64,000 nucleotides of DNA from an uncultured delta proteobacterium (GTDB lineage: Bacteria; Desulfobacterota; Binatia; UBA9968). The notes under the pieces are model-generated. The model saw only the letters and a list, made by a program, of their open reading frames with translations, was not told the origin of the DNA and searched no databases. Below are positions 47,718 through 58,836 of the stretch, in pieces. The position numbers were made by a program, and so were the translations under genes. The DNA is taken from contig CAVSHR010000005.1 in NCBI GenBank assembly GCA_963727625.1, positions 672,001-736,000 of the forward strand, written 5' to 3'. Within the stretch, counting starts at the first letter, position 1; every line of letters starts with the position of its first letter.

Positions 47718-49823
47718 ATGAGCAACCTGCTGCACCATCTGGCGCGCCTTTACCAAATACAGAGTGAATTCCAAGACGGCCTGGGCCAGTTGCGCAAGGC
47801 GCCGCCCGAGGCAATCCTGAGCGCACTCCAATCGCTCGACGCGCCGGTCCACTCCATGAAAGACGTCGCCTGGGCTTTGCGCCAGCGACGCCAGGCCCTG
47901 TGGCAAAGCGCTATCGAGCCCGTCACCATCGCCTGGCAGAATCAACCGCTGTTCATCCCGCTGCGGTTGCCGAGCCGGCTGGCCGAGACACTGGCCGATT
48001 ACGAAATTGTTCTGGAAAGCGGCGAGTGCATCCGCGGACGATGTGAAGAGAATATCGATCGTAAGCCGCGCTTTAGGGAAGTGGAGGGCGCAGCCTACGT
48101 GGCCCGCAGCCTGCTCCTGCGCCGGGAGATTCCCCTGGGTTATCATCGACTGCGGCTGCGGGTCAGTGATCTCCGATTGGAATCGGCGCTCTTCTCCGCG
48201 CCGCTCGAAGCCTACGCAGCAAACCCGTCGAGCGGCAAACGCTGGGGCGTGTTCTGTCCGCTCTACGCGCTCGGATCGGCGACCAACTGGGGCGCCGGCG
48301 ATTACTCCGACCTGGCGGCGCTGGCGCGTTTCGTCGGCGGCCTCAACGGCTACGCCGTCGGCACCTTGCCGATGCTCGCTAGTTTTCTGGACGAGCCGTT
48401 CAATCCCAGCCCCTACTCGCCGGTCAGTCGGCTGTTCTGGAACGAGTTCTATCTCGACGTCACGCGAATTCCGGAATTCGCCGCGTCTACAAAAGCTCAA
48501 TCCTTGGTTAGCTCCGAGGAATTTCGCGGCGCACTGGCGCGCCAGCGCGCCGCGCCGCTGGTCGACTACCGCAGCATCATGGCGCTCAAGCGCAAGACGA
48601 TCGAAGCGCTTCTCGATTTTGTCATGACGGGGTCGCCAACCCGGCGCGAGAGCTTTGAAGATTTTATCGCCGGGCATGCCAAAGTCGAAGATTACGCCGC
48701 TTTTCGCGCCAGAGTCGAGCGTGAAGGACGGAGTTGGCAGCAGTGGGAAGCGGGCGAGCGCGCCGGTATCCTGCAAATGGAGCAGCGCGACGAGCCGGCG
48801 AAATTGTACCATCTCTATGTTCAGTGGCAGTGCGAAGAGCAGACCCGTTGGCTGCAAAATGAAACCAAGGCCAATAGCGCCAAGCTCTATCTCGACTTTC
48901 CCCTCGGGACGAATCGGGATGGCTACGATGTCTGGCGCGAGCGCGATCTGTTCGTTCTCGGCGCCAGCGGCGGCGCTCCCCCCGACGGTCTTTTCGTCAA
49001 GGGACAGAACTGGGGCTTCCCGCCTTTACACCCCGAAGCGATCCGCCGGCGCGGCTACGGTTACTATATCGATTGCGTGCGCCATCACATGTCCTACGCC
49101 GCCATGCTGCGCATCGATCACGTCATGGGCATGCATCGCGCCTTCTGGGTGCCGGAAGGGTTCGGCGCTGCCGAAGGTTTGTACGTGCAATATCGCGCCG
49201 AGGAGTTCTACGCCATCCTGAGTCTCGAATCTCATCGCCATCAGGTCGAGATTGTCGGCGAAAATCTCGGCACTGTGCCGGACTATGTGAACCACGCTCT
49301 CGTGCGCCATGGAATACTCGGCATGTATGTGGGCCAATTCGGCGTCAATGCCGACCCGGATCGCGCCCTGGAGGCCACACCGGCGCAGACCGTGGCCAGT
49401 CTCGGCACCCACGATACCGCAACGTTCATGGGGTTTTGGAACGGCAGTGAAATTCGCGACCGTTTGGCTTTGGGGCTGATCGATCGAGAGCAAGCTGACC
49501 ACGAGCAGGAATATCGCGCCGCCCAGCGCGAAGCGCTCGTAGCCTTTTTGCGCCGGCGCGGCTTGGTCGACGACGGCAATTCCGCCCCAGACGCCGTGCT
49601 AAAGGGTTGGCTCACCTATCTGGCCGGCGGTGAGGCGCAATTTCTGCTGGTCAATTTCGAAGACCTTTGGCTCGAAGAGGCGCCGCAAAATGTTCCCGGC
49701 ACCTGGGTGGAACGGCCCAACTGGCAGCAGAAGGCCCGCTTTAGCCTCGACGAGATTCGGGCCATGCCGAACCTGTTAAATTTGCTAAAAATCCTTAGCG
49801 ACAAGCGCGCCGTGATCCGCTAG
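47718..49823 (+). CDS. malQ: 4-alpha-glucanotransferase (GH77)
   Basis: SPYSPVSRLF, GAPPD...GQNWGFP, LRIDHVMG, GENLG and THD. Confidence 0.93.
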   Translation: MSNLLHHLARLYQIQSEFQDGLGQLRKAPPEAILSALQSLDAPVHSMKDVAWALRQRRQALWQSAIEPVTIAWQNQPLFIPLRLPSRLAETLADYEIVLESGECIRGRCEENIDRKPRFREVEGAAYVARSLLLRREIPLGYHRLRLRVSDLRLESALFSAPLEAYAANPSSGKRWGVFCPLYALGSATNWGAGDYSDLAALARFVGGLNGYAVGTLPMLASFLDEPFNPSPYSPVSRLFWNEFYLDVTRIPEFAASTKAQSLVSSEEFRGALARQRAAPLVDYRSIMALKRKTIEALLDFVMTGSPTRRESFEDFIAGHAKVEDYAAFRARVEREGRSWQQWEAGERAGILQMEQRDEPAKLYHLYVQWQCEEQTRWLQNETKANSAKLYLDFPLGTNRDGYDVWRERDLFVLGASGGAPPDGLFVKGQNWGFPPLHPEAIRRRGYGYYIDCVRHHMSYAAMLRIDHVMGMHRAFWVPEGFGAAEGLYVQYRAEEFYAILSLESHRHQVEIVGENLGTVPDYVNHALVRHGILGMYVGQFGVNADPDRALEATPAQTVASLGTHDTATFMGFWNGSEIRDRLALGLIDREQADHEQEYRAAQREALVAFLRRRGLVDDGNSAPDAVLKGWLTYLAGGEAQFLLVNFEDLWLEEAPQNVPGTWVERPNWQQKARFSLDEIRAMPNLLNLLKILSDKRAVIR

Positions 49824-49969
49824 AATTGATGCAATTTTGCCCGTCGACGGGTCGGTTTCGCGATTCTTGCGGCAATTTTTCGGAAGCGGCGATTCTCTGG
49901 ATTGGGCATGCAGCTAAAAACCGAAATGGCCGGCGCTCATTCAATTGCCCGGCGAAAAAACAACGCTCG

Positions 49970-51409
49970 ATGAAAATCGCAATGATCGCCTCCGAGGTAA
50001 ACCCCTTCGCCAAGACCGGAGGTTTGGCCGATGTCATCGGCACACTGGCCGTTGCACTGGAACGGCTCGGCCACAAGCTATGCGTCGTGGCGCCAGCGTA
50101 TCGCTGTGTGCTCCAGGGCGGCTTTTCCTTGCGCGAGAACGCGACCAAGCTTTCGGTCCCGCTTACCGATCGCCAGGAAGAAGCCGGCATCATGGAAACC
50201 ACCGTCGGCAAGGATGTGCCGGTTTACCTGATTCGCTCCGACAAATATTTCGATCGGGAATACCTTTACGGCGCGCCGAACGGTGATTATCCGGACAACG
50301 CGGAGCGCTTTGTTTTTTTCTGCCGCGCCGCTCTCGAATTACTGCGGGATCATCCCGTCGACATCGTGCACTGCCACGATTGGCAAGCCGCCTTGGCCGT
50401 GGTTTTTCTCAAGACCCAGCCATCCCGCTATGCCGAAAACGCCGCGGCAAAGACCGTTTTCACGATCCACAATCTTGGTTTTCAGGGGGTCTTCTGGCAA
50501 CCGGATTGGCATCTGTTGACCCTCGACGCCGCCTATTTCACGCCGCAGTTTTTGGAGTTTTACGGCAATATCAATTTTCTCAAGGGCGCTTTGGTTTTCG
50601 CCGACAAAATCACCACCGTGAGCCCCACCTATGCCAAGGAGATTATGACCACCGAGCAAGGCTTCGGGCTGCAAGGTGTGTTGCAGCTGCGTGCCGCGGA
50701 TCTCGTCGGCGTCCTCAACGGGGTCGACGACCAGCAATGGAATCCGTGGACCGACCCGTTCCTGAAACATCACTACGGCGAGCACAGCTTGACGATCAAA
50801 AGAGACTGCAAAAAAAACCTCCAGCGCGCCATCGGCCTGCAAGACAAACCTAACACGCCGCTCATCGCGATGATTTCGCGTTTGACCTCACAGAAAGGCT
50901 TCGACCTGATCGAAGACAGATTCGACGCGTTGCTCGAGCGCGATGTCCAGGTCGTCTTGCTCGGAAGCGGCGATCCGCGCTTCGAGCAGTTTTTCCGAGC
51001 CGTCTCTACGCGTTATCCGGGCCGGGTAGCGGTGGACATTGGTTTTAACGAGGCGCTGGCGCACCGGATCGAAGCCGGTGCCGATCTCTTCTTGATGCCG
51101 TCGCGCTACGAGCCCTGCGGCCTCAATCAAATGTTCAGTCTAAAATACGGCACCATCCCGATCGTCCGAGCCGTCGGCGGCTTGAGAGATACCGTGCAAG
51201 ACTACGACAGCGAAAATGAGACCGGCACGGGATTTGTCTTTCAATCCTATGACGGCCCGGCGTTGCTCGCCGCGATCGATCGCGCCCTGTCCGTTTACCG
51301 CGACAAGAAATCCTGGACGGCGCTGCGGCGCCGCGCCATGGCCATGGACTTTTCTTGGGATCGTTCAGCCAAACTGTACAGCAACTTGTACCAGCAACTT
51401 TTGCACTGA
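49970..51409 (+). CDS. glgA: Glycogen synthase
   Basis: KTGGLADV, HCHDWQ, TIHNLGFQG and PSRYEPCGLNQ. ATG at 49970. Confidence 0.96.
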   Translation: MKIAMIASEVNPFAKTGGLADVIGTLAVALERLGHKLCVVAPAYRCVLQGGFSLRENATKLSVPLTDRQEEAGIMETTVGKDVPVYLIRSDKYFDREYLYGAPNGDYPDNAERFVFFCRAALELLRDHPVDIVHCHDWQAALAVVFLKTQPSRYAENAAAKTVFTIHNLGFQGVFWQPDWHLLTLDAAYFTPQFLEFYGNINFLKGALVFADKITTVSPTYAKEIMTTEQGFGLQGVLQLRAADLVGVLNGVDDQQWNPWTDPFLKHHYGEHSLTIKRDCKKNLQRAIGLQDKPNTPLIAMISRLTSQKGFDLIEDRFDALLERDVQVVLLGSGDPRFEQFFRAVSTRYPGRVAVDIGFNEALAHRIEAGADLFLMPSRYEPCGLNQMFSLKYGTIPIVRAVGGLRDTVQDYDSENETGTGFVFQSYDGPALLAAIDRALSVYRDKKSWTALRRRAMAMDFSWDRSAKLYSNLYQQLLH

Positions 51410-51433
51410 AGGGAGCATACACCAAAGGGGCCT

Positions 51434-52684
51434 ATGATGTACATTCTAGGTGTCGTTTTGGCCGGTGGTCGAGGCGAGCGCCTCTACCCCTTGACACAGC
51501 ACAGAGCAAAACCCGCGGTGCCCTTCGGCGGCCGCTACCGTATCATCGATTTCGTGCTGTCGAATTTCGTCAACTCCGGCATCCTGTCGATCTACGTGCT
51601 CACCCAATTCAAGGCGCAGTCGCTTTTGGAGCACCTCGATCGAGGTTGGCGCACCAACGATTTTCTCGGCGAACACTTCGTCACGCCGGTGCCGGCGCAA
51701 ATGCGCTCGGGTGTCGAGTGGTACCAAGGGACGGCGGATTCGGTGTATCAAAACTTATATCTGCTCGAGCGCCATAACCCGAAATTGGTCGCGGTTTTCG
51801 GTTCCGATCATATTTACCGTATGAACGTGCGCCAGATGATCGACGAGCACCAGCGAAACTCCGCCGACGTGACCGTCGCGGCCCTGCCGGTCAAGATCGA
51901 GGAAGCCTCGCAGTTCGGCGTCATCGCGGTGGATGCCGACTGGCGCATCATCGGCTTCGACGAAAAGCCGAAACACCCAAAATCGATTCCAGGAGAACCC
52001 GAATATGCCCTAGTCTCCATGGGTAATTACCTCTTTAACAACGAAGTTTTAATCGAGGCGCTCAACGCCGACGCAGCCGACGAAACCAGCAAGCATGATT
52101 TCGGCCACAACATTCTGCCGGCGCTGATCAAAAGCCAGCGGGTATACGGCTATGATTTTCGCAAGAACCGGGTGCCGATCCCGTCCAAAGGCGAAGAACC
52201 GAGTTACTGGCGCGATCTCGGCACCTTGGACGCCTACTACGAAGCGAGCATGGATCTTTGCTCCATCGATCCGTCCTTCAATCTTTATAACCGCAGCTGG
52301 CCGCTGCGCACGGTGGGCTACGCCGACCCGCCGGCGAAGTTCGTGTTCGACTGGAAAGACCGCCAGGGCATGGCGCTCAATTCCATCGTTGCCGAAGGCT
52401 CGATCATCAGCGGCAGTTACGCGCGCAACTGCGTGGTCGGCCGCAACGTGCGCATCCACAGCTTCAGCCAAGTCGAGGATTCGGTGATCATGGACTGGGT
52501 GGAAATCGGTAGGAACTGCCGTATCCGCCACGCCGTCATCGACAAGGCCAACGTCATCCCGTCGGGAACGGAGATCGGATATGACCTAGACAAAGACCGA
52601 CAGCTCTACACAGTCTCACCGAACGGCGTAGTCGTATTGCCGCGCGCACCGCGCAAAACAACCTGGGTCATGACCGATCCCTAA
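51434..52684 (+). CDS. glgC: Glucose-1-phosphate adenylyltransferase
   Basis: LAGGRGERLYPLT..RAKPAVPFGG, WYQGTAD and SMGNY. Confidence 0.96.
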   Translation: MMYILGVVLAGGRGERLYPLTQHRAKPAVPFGGRYRIIDFVLSNFVNSGILSIYVLTQFKAQSLLEHLDRGWRTNDFLGEHFVTPVPAQMRSGVEWYQGTADSVYQNLYLLERHNPKLVAVFGSDHIYRMNVRQMIDEHQRNSADVTVAALPVKIEEASQFGVIAVDADWRIIGFDEKPKHPKSIPGEPEYALVSMGNYLFNNEVLIEALNADAADETSKHDFGHNILPALIKSQRVYGYDFRKNRVPIPSKGEEPSYWRDLGTLDAYYEASMDLCSIDPSFNLYNRSWPLRTVGYADPPAKFVFDWKDRQGMALNSIVAEGSIISGSYARNCVVGRNVRIHSFSQVEDSVIMDWVEIGRNCRIRHAVIDKANVIPSGTEIGYDLDKDRQLYTVSPNGVVVLPRAPRKTTWVMTDP

Positions 52685-52866
52685 ACGGCATGGTTCTGAC
52701 GCAAAGAAAGGATTTGTGGCTAATCATCTGGGTAAGCCAAGAACGCTGATGGGACAAAGGTCGATGAGCATGGCGCCCGCCTCACTCACGGCACATTGCC
52801 GCCAAGATACGACACCAGACCCGCGAGCCACGTGACTCGCTCACCGTCCCGCAGTTCGAACCGCCC

Positions 52867-55293
52867 ATGGACCGATACATCTGCATCCACGGCCACTTTT
52901 ACCAACCGCCGCGCGAGAATCCCTGGCTCGAAGCGGTCGAGTTGCAAGACTCCGCGGCGCCCTATCACGATTGGAACGAGCGCATCACCCGAGAGTGCTA
53001 TGCGCCCAATTCGGTCTCGCGCATCGCCGATGACCAAGGCCGCATCATCAAGCTGGTCAATAACTACGCCAAGATCAGCTTTGATTTCGGTCCGACTCTC
53101 CTCAGTTGGCTTAAAGTGAAAGCCCCCGATGTCTATGCCGCCATTTTGGCGGCCGACCGGCAGAGCCGGGAAATTTTTTCCGGCCACGGCTCGGCCGTTG
53201 CTCAGGTTTACAATCATGTCATCATGCCGCTCGCCAATACTCGCGACCGGGTCACGCAGATCGTCTGGGGCATCGCCGACTTCGAGCATCGCTTCGGGCG
53301 CGCGCCCGAGGGCATGTGGCTGGCGGAGACCGCGGTGGACATGGAAACCCTCGAATTGCTCGTCGACGCCGGCATTCGATTCGTCATCCTGGCGCCGCAT
53401 CAAGCGGAGCGCGTGCGCCGCATGGACGAGCAGGCCTGGCATGAGATCAACGGCGAACAGATCGATACCACGGTCACCTATCAGCAGCGCTTGCCCTCAG
53501 GGCGCGCTATCGCGGTATTTTTTTATCTCGGCGCGGTCGCGCGCGCGGTTGCCTTCGAAGGTTTGCTGTCGAAGGGCGAGCGTTTCATCGACCGCTTGGT
53601 CGGCGCTTTCGCCGCCGACCCCGCCCGGCCGCAGCTCGTCCATATCGCCACCGACGGCGAATCCTACGGCCATCATCACCGTTTTGGCGACATGGCGCTC
53701 GCCTATGCTCTGGACCAGATCGAAGCGCGCCAACTGGCGCACCTGACCAATTACGGCGAATTTTTAGAAAAATACCCGCCTGAACACGAAGTCGAAATCG
53801 TCGAGAAAAGTTCCTGGAGCTGTATCCACGGCATCGACCGCTGGTGGAGTGATTGCGGCTGTAACACCGGCGCCCATGCCCATTGGAATCAGCGCTGGCG
53901 CACGCCGCTGCGAAACGCTGTCGATTGGCTGCGCGACGAGGTCTCGCCGCGATGGGAACTCAAAGCATACCAGTTCTTTCAAGATCCTTGGGCGGCGCGC
54001 GACGCCTACATCGAAGTCGTGCTCGATCGCTCGGCAAAGAATATCGAGAACTTTTTTGCGCGCTATGCTGCTCGACCGTTATCGGCGGCGGAAACCACTA
54101 CGGCGCTCAAACTACTCGAGTTGCAGCGCCACGCCATGCTCATGTACACCAGCTGCGGCTGGTTTTTCGACGATCTCGCCGGCATCGAGACGATTCAGAT
54201 TCTGCAGTTTGCCGGCCGCACCTTGCAATTGGCCCAGGAGCTATTCGGGAACTCGTTAGAGGAGCAGTTCGTGCGCCGCTTTGCGGCGGCGCAGAGCAAC
54301 AGGCCCGAGGAAGGCGACGGCGCGCGCATCTATGAGCGCCGGATCCGGCCGGCCAAAGTAGACTGGCCGAAGCTCGCCGGCCACTACGCGCTGAGCAATT
54401 TGTTCGAAGGTTTTCCCGAGCGTAGCGCGGTCTACTGCTACGATGCCAAAGTCGCGGACCCTCGGGTGTTCAGCGCCGGCCGCGCCAAGCTCGGCATCGG
54501 CCGAGTCGAGCTCACGTCTAGGATTACCCGGGAGACGGCGCGGCTCATCTTTGCGGTGCTGCATCTCGGCGACCACAACATGAGCGGCAGCGTCCGCGAA
54601 GACCTCGACGACGACAGCTACCAAGAGAGCGTTCGCGCCACGATGGAGCCATTTATGCGCGCCGACCTCACCGCCGTGATGCGCGAGATGGAAAGGCGCT
54701 TCGGCGGCTCGAATTATTCGCTGCGCTCGCTGTTTCGCGACGAGCAGCGAAACGTCTTGAACATGATCCTCGCCGCCGATTTGCAAGAAGCGGAATCTTT
54801 GTACCGGCAAATCTACGAACCCCGTGCGCCGCTCATGCGTTTTCTCACCGACCTCGGCATACCGCTGCCCGAGGGCTTTTCCGCGGCTGCGGATATTGTC
54901 GTCAACCACCAGTTGCGCACCGCGTTGGCGCCGCCGAGCATCGATCTAAAGCGGGCGTTCGAGCTTTTCGAATCCGCCCGCTTGGAAGGCGCTTCGCTGG
55001 ATGCGCCGACGTTGGAATTCGCCTATCGCCAATCGCTGGAGCATTTGGCGGCAGCCGCTTTGGCAAATCTGACTTGGGCCGAGCTCGAAGGATTGCATGA
55101 AGCCGCCGCCGCGCTTCCACGGCTGCCGTTCACCGTCGATCTGTGGCAGGTCCAGAATCTCTACTACCAAATATTGACGCAGGACTATCCGCGCCGGCTG
55201 GAGGCGCAACGGCAAGGGGACGAAACCGCGCGCGTTTGGAATAAACTATTCCGAGAGATCGGCCGCCTGCTGCGCGTCAAAGCGGCCGAGTGA
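52867..55293 (+). CDS. GH57 glycoside hydrolase with DUF3536 domain
   Basis: HGHFYQPPRENPW, GMWLAETAVD, ATDGESYGHH and MYTSCGWFFD. Confidence 0.9.
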   Translation: MDRYICIHGHFYQPPRENPWLEAVELQDSAAPYHDWNERITRECYAPNSVSRIADDQGRIIKLVNNYAKISFDFGPTLLSWLKVKAPDVYAAILAADRQSREIFSGHGSAVAQVYNHVIMPLANTRDRVTQIVWGIADFEHRFGRAPEGMWLAETAVDMETLELLVDAGIRFVILAPHQAERVRRMDEQAWHEINGEQIDTTVTYQQRLPSGRAIAVFFYLGAVARAVAFEGLLSKGERFIDRLVGAFAADPARPQLVHIATDGESYGHHHRFGDMALAYALDQIEARQLAHLTNYGEFLEKYPPEHEVEIVEKSSWSCIHGIDRWWSDCGCNTGAHAHWNQRWRTPLRNAVDWLRDEVSPRWELKAYQFFQDPWAARDAYIEVVLDRSAKNIENFFARYAARPLSAAETTTALKLLELQRHAMLMYTSCGWFFDDLAGIETIQILQFAGRTLQLAQELFGNSLEEQFVRRFAAAQSNRPEEGDGARIYERRIRPAKVDWPKLAGHYALSNLFEGFPERSAVYCYDAKVADPRVFSAGRAKLGIGRVELTSRITRETARLIFAVLHLGDHNMSGSVREDLDDDSYQESVRATMEPFMRADLTAVMREMERRFGGSNYSLRSLFRDEQRNVLNMILAADLQEAESLYRQIYEPRAPLMRFLTDLGIPLPEGFSAAADIVVNHQLRTALAPPSIDLKRAFELFESARLEGASLDAPTLEFAYRQSLEHLAAAALANLTWAELEGLHEAAAALPRLPFTVDLWQVQNLYYQILTQDYPRRLEAQRQGDETARVWNKLFREIGRLLRVKAAE

Positions 55294-55491
55294 GCCAGCC
55301 GGGGTTGCGCCGCCATGATTTCGGTGAAGTCAATGCCTCGGCGAACAAGTTCGAATGCCGCGCAGATGCGGAGTGAGAGATAATAACGATTGGCCCGCGA
55401 TTGCTCAATGATTAAACAAAATGACTGGAATCGATTGCTCGAGGCGGCCCGCTCGTGTTTAATTCATTTATAGTCTACAACTAAGCTCGTT

Positions 55492-56673
55492 ATGTTTACG
55501 CCGTTCTTTAACATCGGCATCGCCGACGTCATCGATATCCTGGTCGTCGCCGTTTTGCTCTACACCGCCACGGCGTTCCTCAAACAAACCCGAGCCGCTT
55601 TCATCATTCGCGGCATTTTTATCATCGCGGCGATTTACATCATCGCCAGATACCTCGATCTGCAATTGACCGCGTGGATCTTCCAGGGTTTCTTCGCGAT
55701 CTTTTTGATCATTATCGTAGTGATTTTCCAGGAGGAGCTCCGGCAGATATTTGAACGGATCGCCGTTTGGAGCTTGGCGCCAAAAGCCTTCAGGCCGCTG
55801 CGCTCCAACACTGTCGATACCCTCGTCGGCACGCTGGCCGACCTCGCCAAGGACAGAATCGGCGCACTAATCGTTATTCAAGGCAAAGATCCCATCGCCC
55901 GGTATGTGATGGGCGGGATTGAATTGGAAGGCAGTATTAGCGAACCGCTGCTGAAAAGCATCTTCGATCCGCACTCGGCAGGACATGACGGCGCGGTCAT
56001 CGTCGAGAACGACCAGGTCACTCTTTTCGCGGCGCATCTGCCGCTGTCGAAAGACTTTCAACAATTGGCCAACGTCGGCACTCGCCACAGCGCGGCGCTG
56101 GGACTAGCCGAGCTGAGCGATGCGCTGTGTATCGCGGTCTCCGAAGAGAGAGGCACGATCTCGGTGGCCAGAGACGGCCATCTGCGGCAGATCGAAAACA
56201 TTCAAGAGTTGGGACAGCTGCTCGAGAGGTTTCTTGGGGAAAAGTTTCCCTCGTCGGATCGGCGCATTCCTTCGGCGTCGCTGATCAGAGAAAACTGGCT
56301 CGCCAAACTGGTGAGCTTTTCCTTGGCCATCGGGCTTTGGTACGTCTTGGTCCCCGGATCGAGCACCGTCGAAGTGACCTATAAACTCCCGGTGCAGGTG
56401 CAAAACCTGCAACCCGAGTATCACGTCGAAGATGTCCAACCCTCCGAGGTCAACGCGACTTTTACCGGTCCCAAGCGGGCTTTTTATTTCTTCGATCCGA
56501 GTAAACTCAAGGTAGACGTCGATCTATCGACCACCGAAGCGGGCCGCAAGACGCTGCGCATTTCAGAGCAGAACGTGCGTCATCCGCAGACGCTCACTTT
56601 GCAGCAGCTCGTCCCGACGACGGTGAGAGTCCTGGTGCGAAAAACCCCGCGGGAGCAGGAGGACAAAAGCTAG
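55492..56673 (+). CDS. Membrane diadenylate cyclase (CdaA-like) fused to a TM helix and YbbR domain
   Basis: Three N-terminal TMs, IFQEELR, HDGA, GTRHSAALG and VSEERG, then NWLAKLVSFSLAIGLW and a YbbR-like beta domain. Confidence 0.88.
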   Translation: MFTPFFNIGIADVIDILVVAVLLYTATAFLKQTRAAFIIRGIFIIAAIYIIARYLDLQLTAWIFQGFFAIFLIIIVVIFQEELRQIFERIAVWSLAPKAFRPLRSNTVDTLVGTLADLAKDRIGALIVIQGKDPIARYVMGGIELEGSISEPLLKSIFDPHSAGHDGAVIVENDQVTLFAAHLPLSKDFQQLANVGTRHSAALGLAELSDALCIAVSEERGTISVARDGHLRQIENIQELGQLLERFLGEKFPSSDRRIPSASLIRENWLAKLVSFSLAIGLWYVLVPGSSTVEVTYKLPVQVQNLQPEYHVEDVQPSEVNATFTGPKRAFYFFDPSKLKVDVDLSTTEAGRKTLRISEQNVRHPQTLTLQQLVPTTVRVLVRKTPREQEDKS

Positions 56674-56802
56674 CCGGACCAAACGACACGCACCGTCGCG
56701 AGACGCATTGCCTCTCATCGAGCCGATGCGATCTGCCCGTCTTAATTTGACCCTTAATCGCGGTTTTCCACCCCGCTGGCGGAAGCAAACTTCACCCCAT
56801 GC

Positions 56803-58722
56803 TCAACCTTCGCTCTTGAGAAACGACACCGATAGCGGTGGCAAGGTGATGGCCAACGAATAGGGCCGGCCGTGCAACGGCACCGGCGCCGCTTCCACGC
56901 CGCCCATGTTGCCCATGCCGCTGCCCCAGTACTCGGCGGCGTCACTGTTGAGCGCCTCTTGCCAATAACCGCCGCGCGGCGCGCCGATGCGATAACTGTA
57001 GCGCGGCACCGGCGTAAAATTGCACACTGCAATGATGATCGTCGGCGTCGTCTTGCCTTTGCGCAACAGCGTCACGACGCTGCTTTCCACGTCGCTGCAG
57101 TCGATCCACTCGAAGCCCGCCGGGTCGCAATCGCATTCATGCATGGCGGGCTCGTCTTTGTAGAGATGATTGAGGTCGCGCACCCATTTCAATAGCCCGG
57201 CGTGGGCGGGCTGGTCCAGCAGTGCCCATTCGAGACTCGCGTCATGAGTCCACTCGCGCCATTGACCGAATTCGCCGCCCATGAACAACATTTTCTTCGA
57301 CGGCTGAGCATACATGTAGCCGTACAGTGCGCGCAAGTTGGCGAATTTCTGCCAGTCGTCGCCGGGCATCTTGCCGATCAACGAGCCCTTGCCGTAAACG
57401 ACCTCGTCGTGGGACAGCGGCAGGACGAAGTTTTCGTGAAACGCGTAGAGCATGCGAAAGGTCAGTTTGTCGTGGTGGTAGCGGCGGTGCACAGGGTCCT
57501 GACGCATATATTCCAGCGTATCGTGCATCCAGCCCATGTCCCACTTGAAACCGAAGCCCAAGCCGCCCAGATAATTGGGCCGCGAAACCATTGGCCAAGA
57601 GGTCGACTCCTCGGCGATCGTTTCGACCTCGGGAAACTGCTCGTAGACTTCCGCGTTCAAATAGCGCAAAAATTCGATGGCATCGATGTTCTCGCGGCCG
57701 CCGTGCTTGTTGGGAATCCACTCGCCCTCTTTGCGAGCGTAGTCGAGATAGAGCATGGACGCCACCCCGTCCACCCGCAGGCCGTCAACGTGATATTTGT
57801 CGAGCCAATAGACCGCATTGCTGATCAGAAAGCTTTGCACCTCTTTGCGGCCGTAGTTGAAGATATAGCTGTTCCACTCCGGGTGATAGCCCTGGCGCGG
57901 ATCGGCATGTTCGAACAAATGCGTGCCGTCGAAAAACCCCAAGCCATGTTCGTCGCTGGGAAAATGCGACGGGACCCAATCGAGAATCACGCCGATACCC
58001 CGTTGATGCAACGTATCGATCAGAAACATGAGGTCCTGCGGCGTGCCGTAATTGCCCGAGGGCGCGAAGTAGCCGGTGATTTGATAGCCCCACGAGCCGA
58101 AGAACGGGTGATCCATGATCGGCATGAGTTCGACGTGGGTGTAGCCCAGGTGATGCAAGTGGTCCGCCAGCTGCGGCGCCAGCTCGCGATAGGATAGCGA
58201 GCGGTTGCCTTCCTCGACGATGCGTTTCCATGACCCCACGTGCATCTCGTAGATCGCCATCGGTTTGGTGAGGCCCTGGCGCTGGCGCCGCTCGGCCATC
58301 CACTGTTGATCGTTCCATCGATAATCGAGATCCCAGACGATCGATGCAAATTTGGGCGGGATCTCGTTGAAAATCGAGAAGGGATCGGCCTTGTCGGCAC
58401 GGTAGCCGTTGAAGCGCGATCCGACGTGGTATTTGTACAGAGTTCCTTTGCCGACTTCTGGAAAGTATCCTTCCCAGATGCCGGAGTCGCCTTTGGGCCG
58501 GAGTAAATGCTTGGCCTTTTCCCAGCCGTTGAACTCGCCGATGATACTCACGTGATTGGCGTTTGGCGCCCAGACTGCAAAGTAAGTCCCTGCTTTCCCC
58601 TCTTGTCTGACAAGGTGCGCTCCGAGTTTATCGTAGAGGCGAAAGTGGCTGCCTTCGTTGAAGAGAAAAAGATCGTCGTTCGTCAGCAAGCTAACGGGAT
58701 TCTGGCTGTCCATCAGTGGCAC
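56803..58722 (-). CDS. glgB: 1,4-alpha-glucan branching enzyme (short form)
   Basis: FAVWAPNA, SWGYQ, DWVPSHF, LRVDGVASM, AEEST and LSHDEVV. Confidence 0.96.
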   Translation of the reverse strand: MPLMDSQNPVSLLTNDDLFLFNEGSHFRLYDKLGAHLVRQEGKAGTYFAVWAPNANHVSIIGEFNGWEKAKHLLRPKGDSGIWEGYFPEVGKGTLYKYHVGSRFNGYRADKADPFSIFNEIPPKFASIVWDLDYRWNDQQWMAERRQRQGLTKPMAIYEMHVGSWKRIVEEGNRSLSYRELAPQLADHLHHLGYTHVELMPIMDHPFFGSWGYQITGYFAPSGNYGTPQDLMFLIDTLHQRGIGVILDWVPSHFPSDEHGLGFFDGTHLFEHADPRQGYHPEWNSYIFNYGRKEVQSFLISNAVYWLDKYHVDGLRVDGVASMLYLDYARKEGEWIPNKHGGRENIDAIEFLRYLNAEVYEQFPEVETIAEESTSWPMVSRPNYLGGLGFGFKWDMGWMHDTLEYMRQDPVHRRYHHDKLTFRMLYAFHENFVLPLSHDEVVYGKGSLIGKMPGDDWQKFANLRALYGYMYAQPSKKMLFMGGEFGQWREWTHDASLEWALLDQPAHAGLLKWVRDLNHLYKDEPAMHECDCDPAGFEWIDCSDVESSVVTLLRKGKTTPTIIIAVCNFTPVPRYSYRIGAPRGGYWQEALNSDAAEYWGSGMGNMGGVEAAPVPLHGRPYSLAITLPPLSVSFLKSEG

Positions 58723-58836
58723 ACCTTCCTTCCATTCACATCGATTGAAGCGTTATCCGTCACGGCCGGACCAAAGCCGTGAAGAGCCGGTCGACGCTCT
58801 TTGAAATTGACAAGACCCGTTGCCGCGCCGCAGCGG

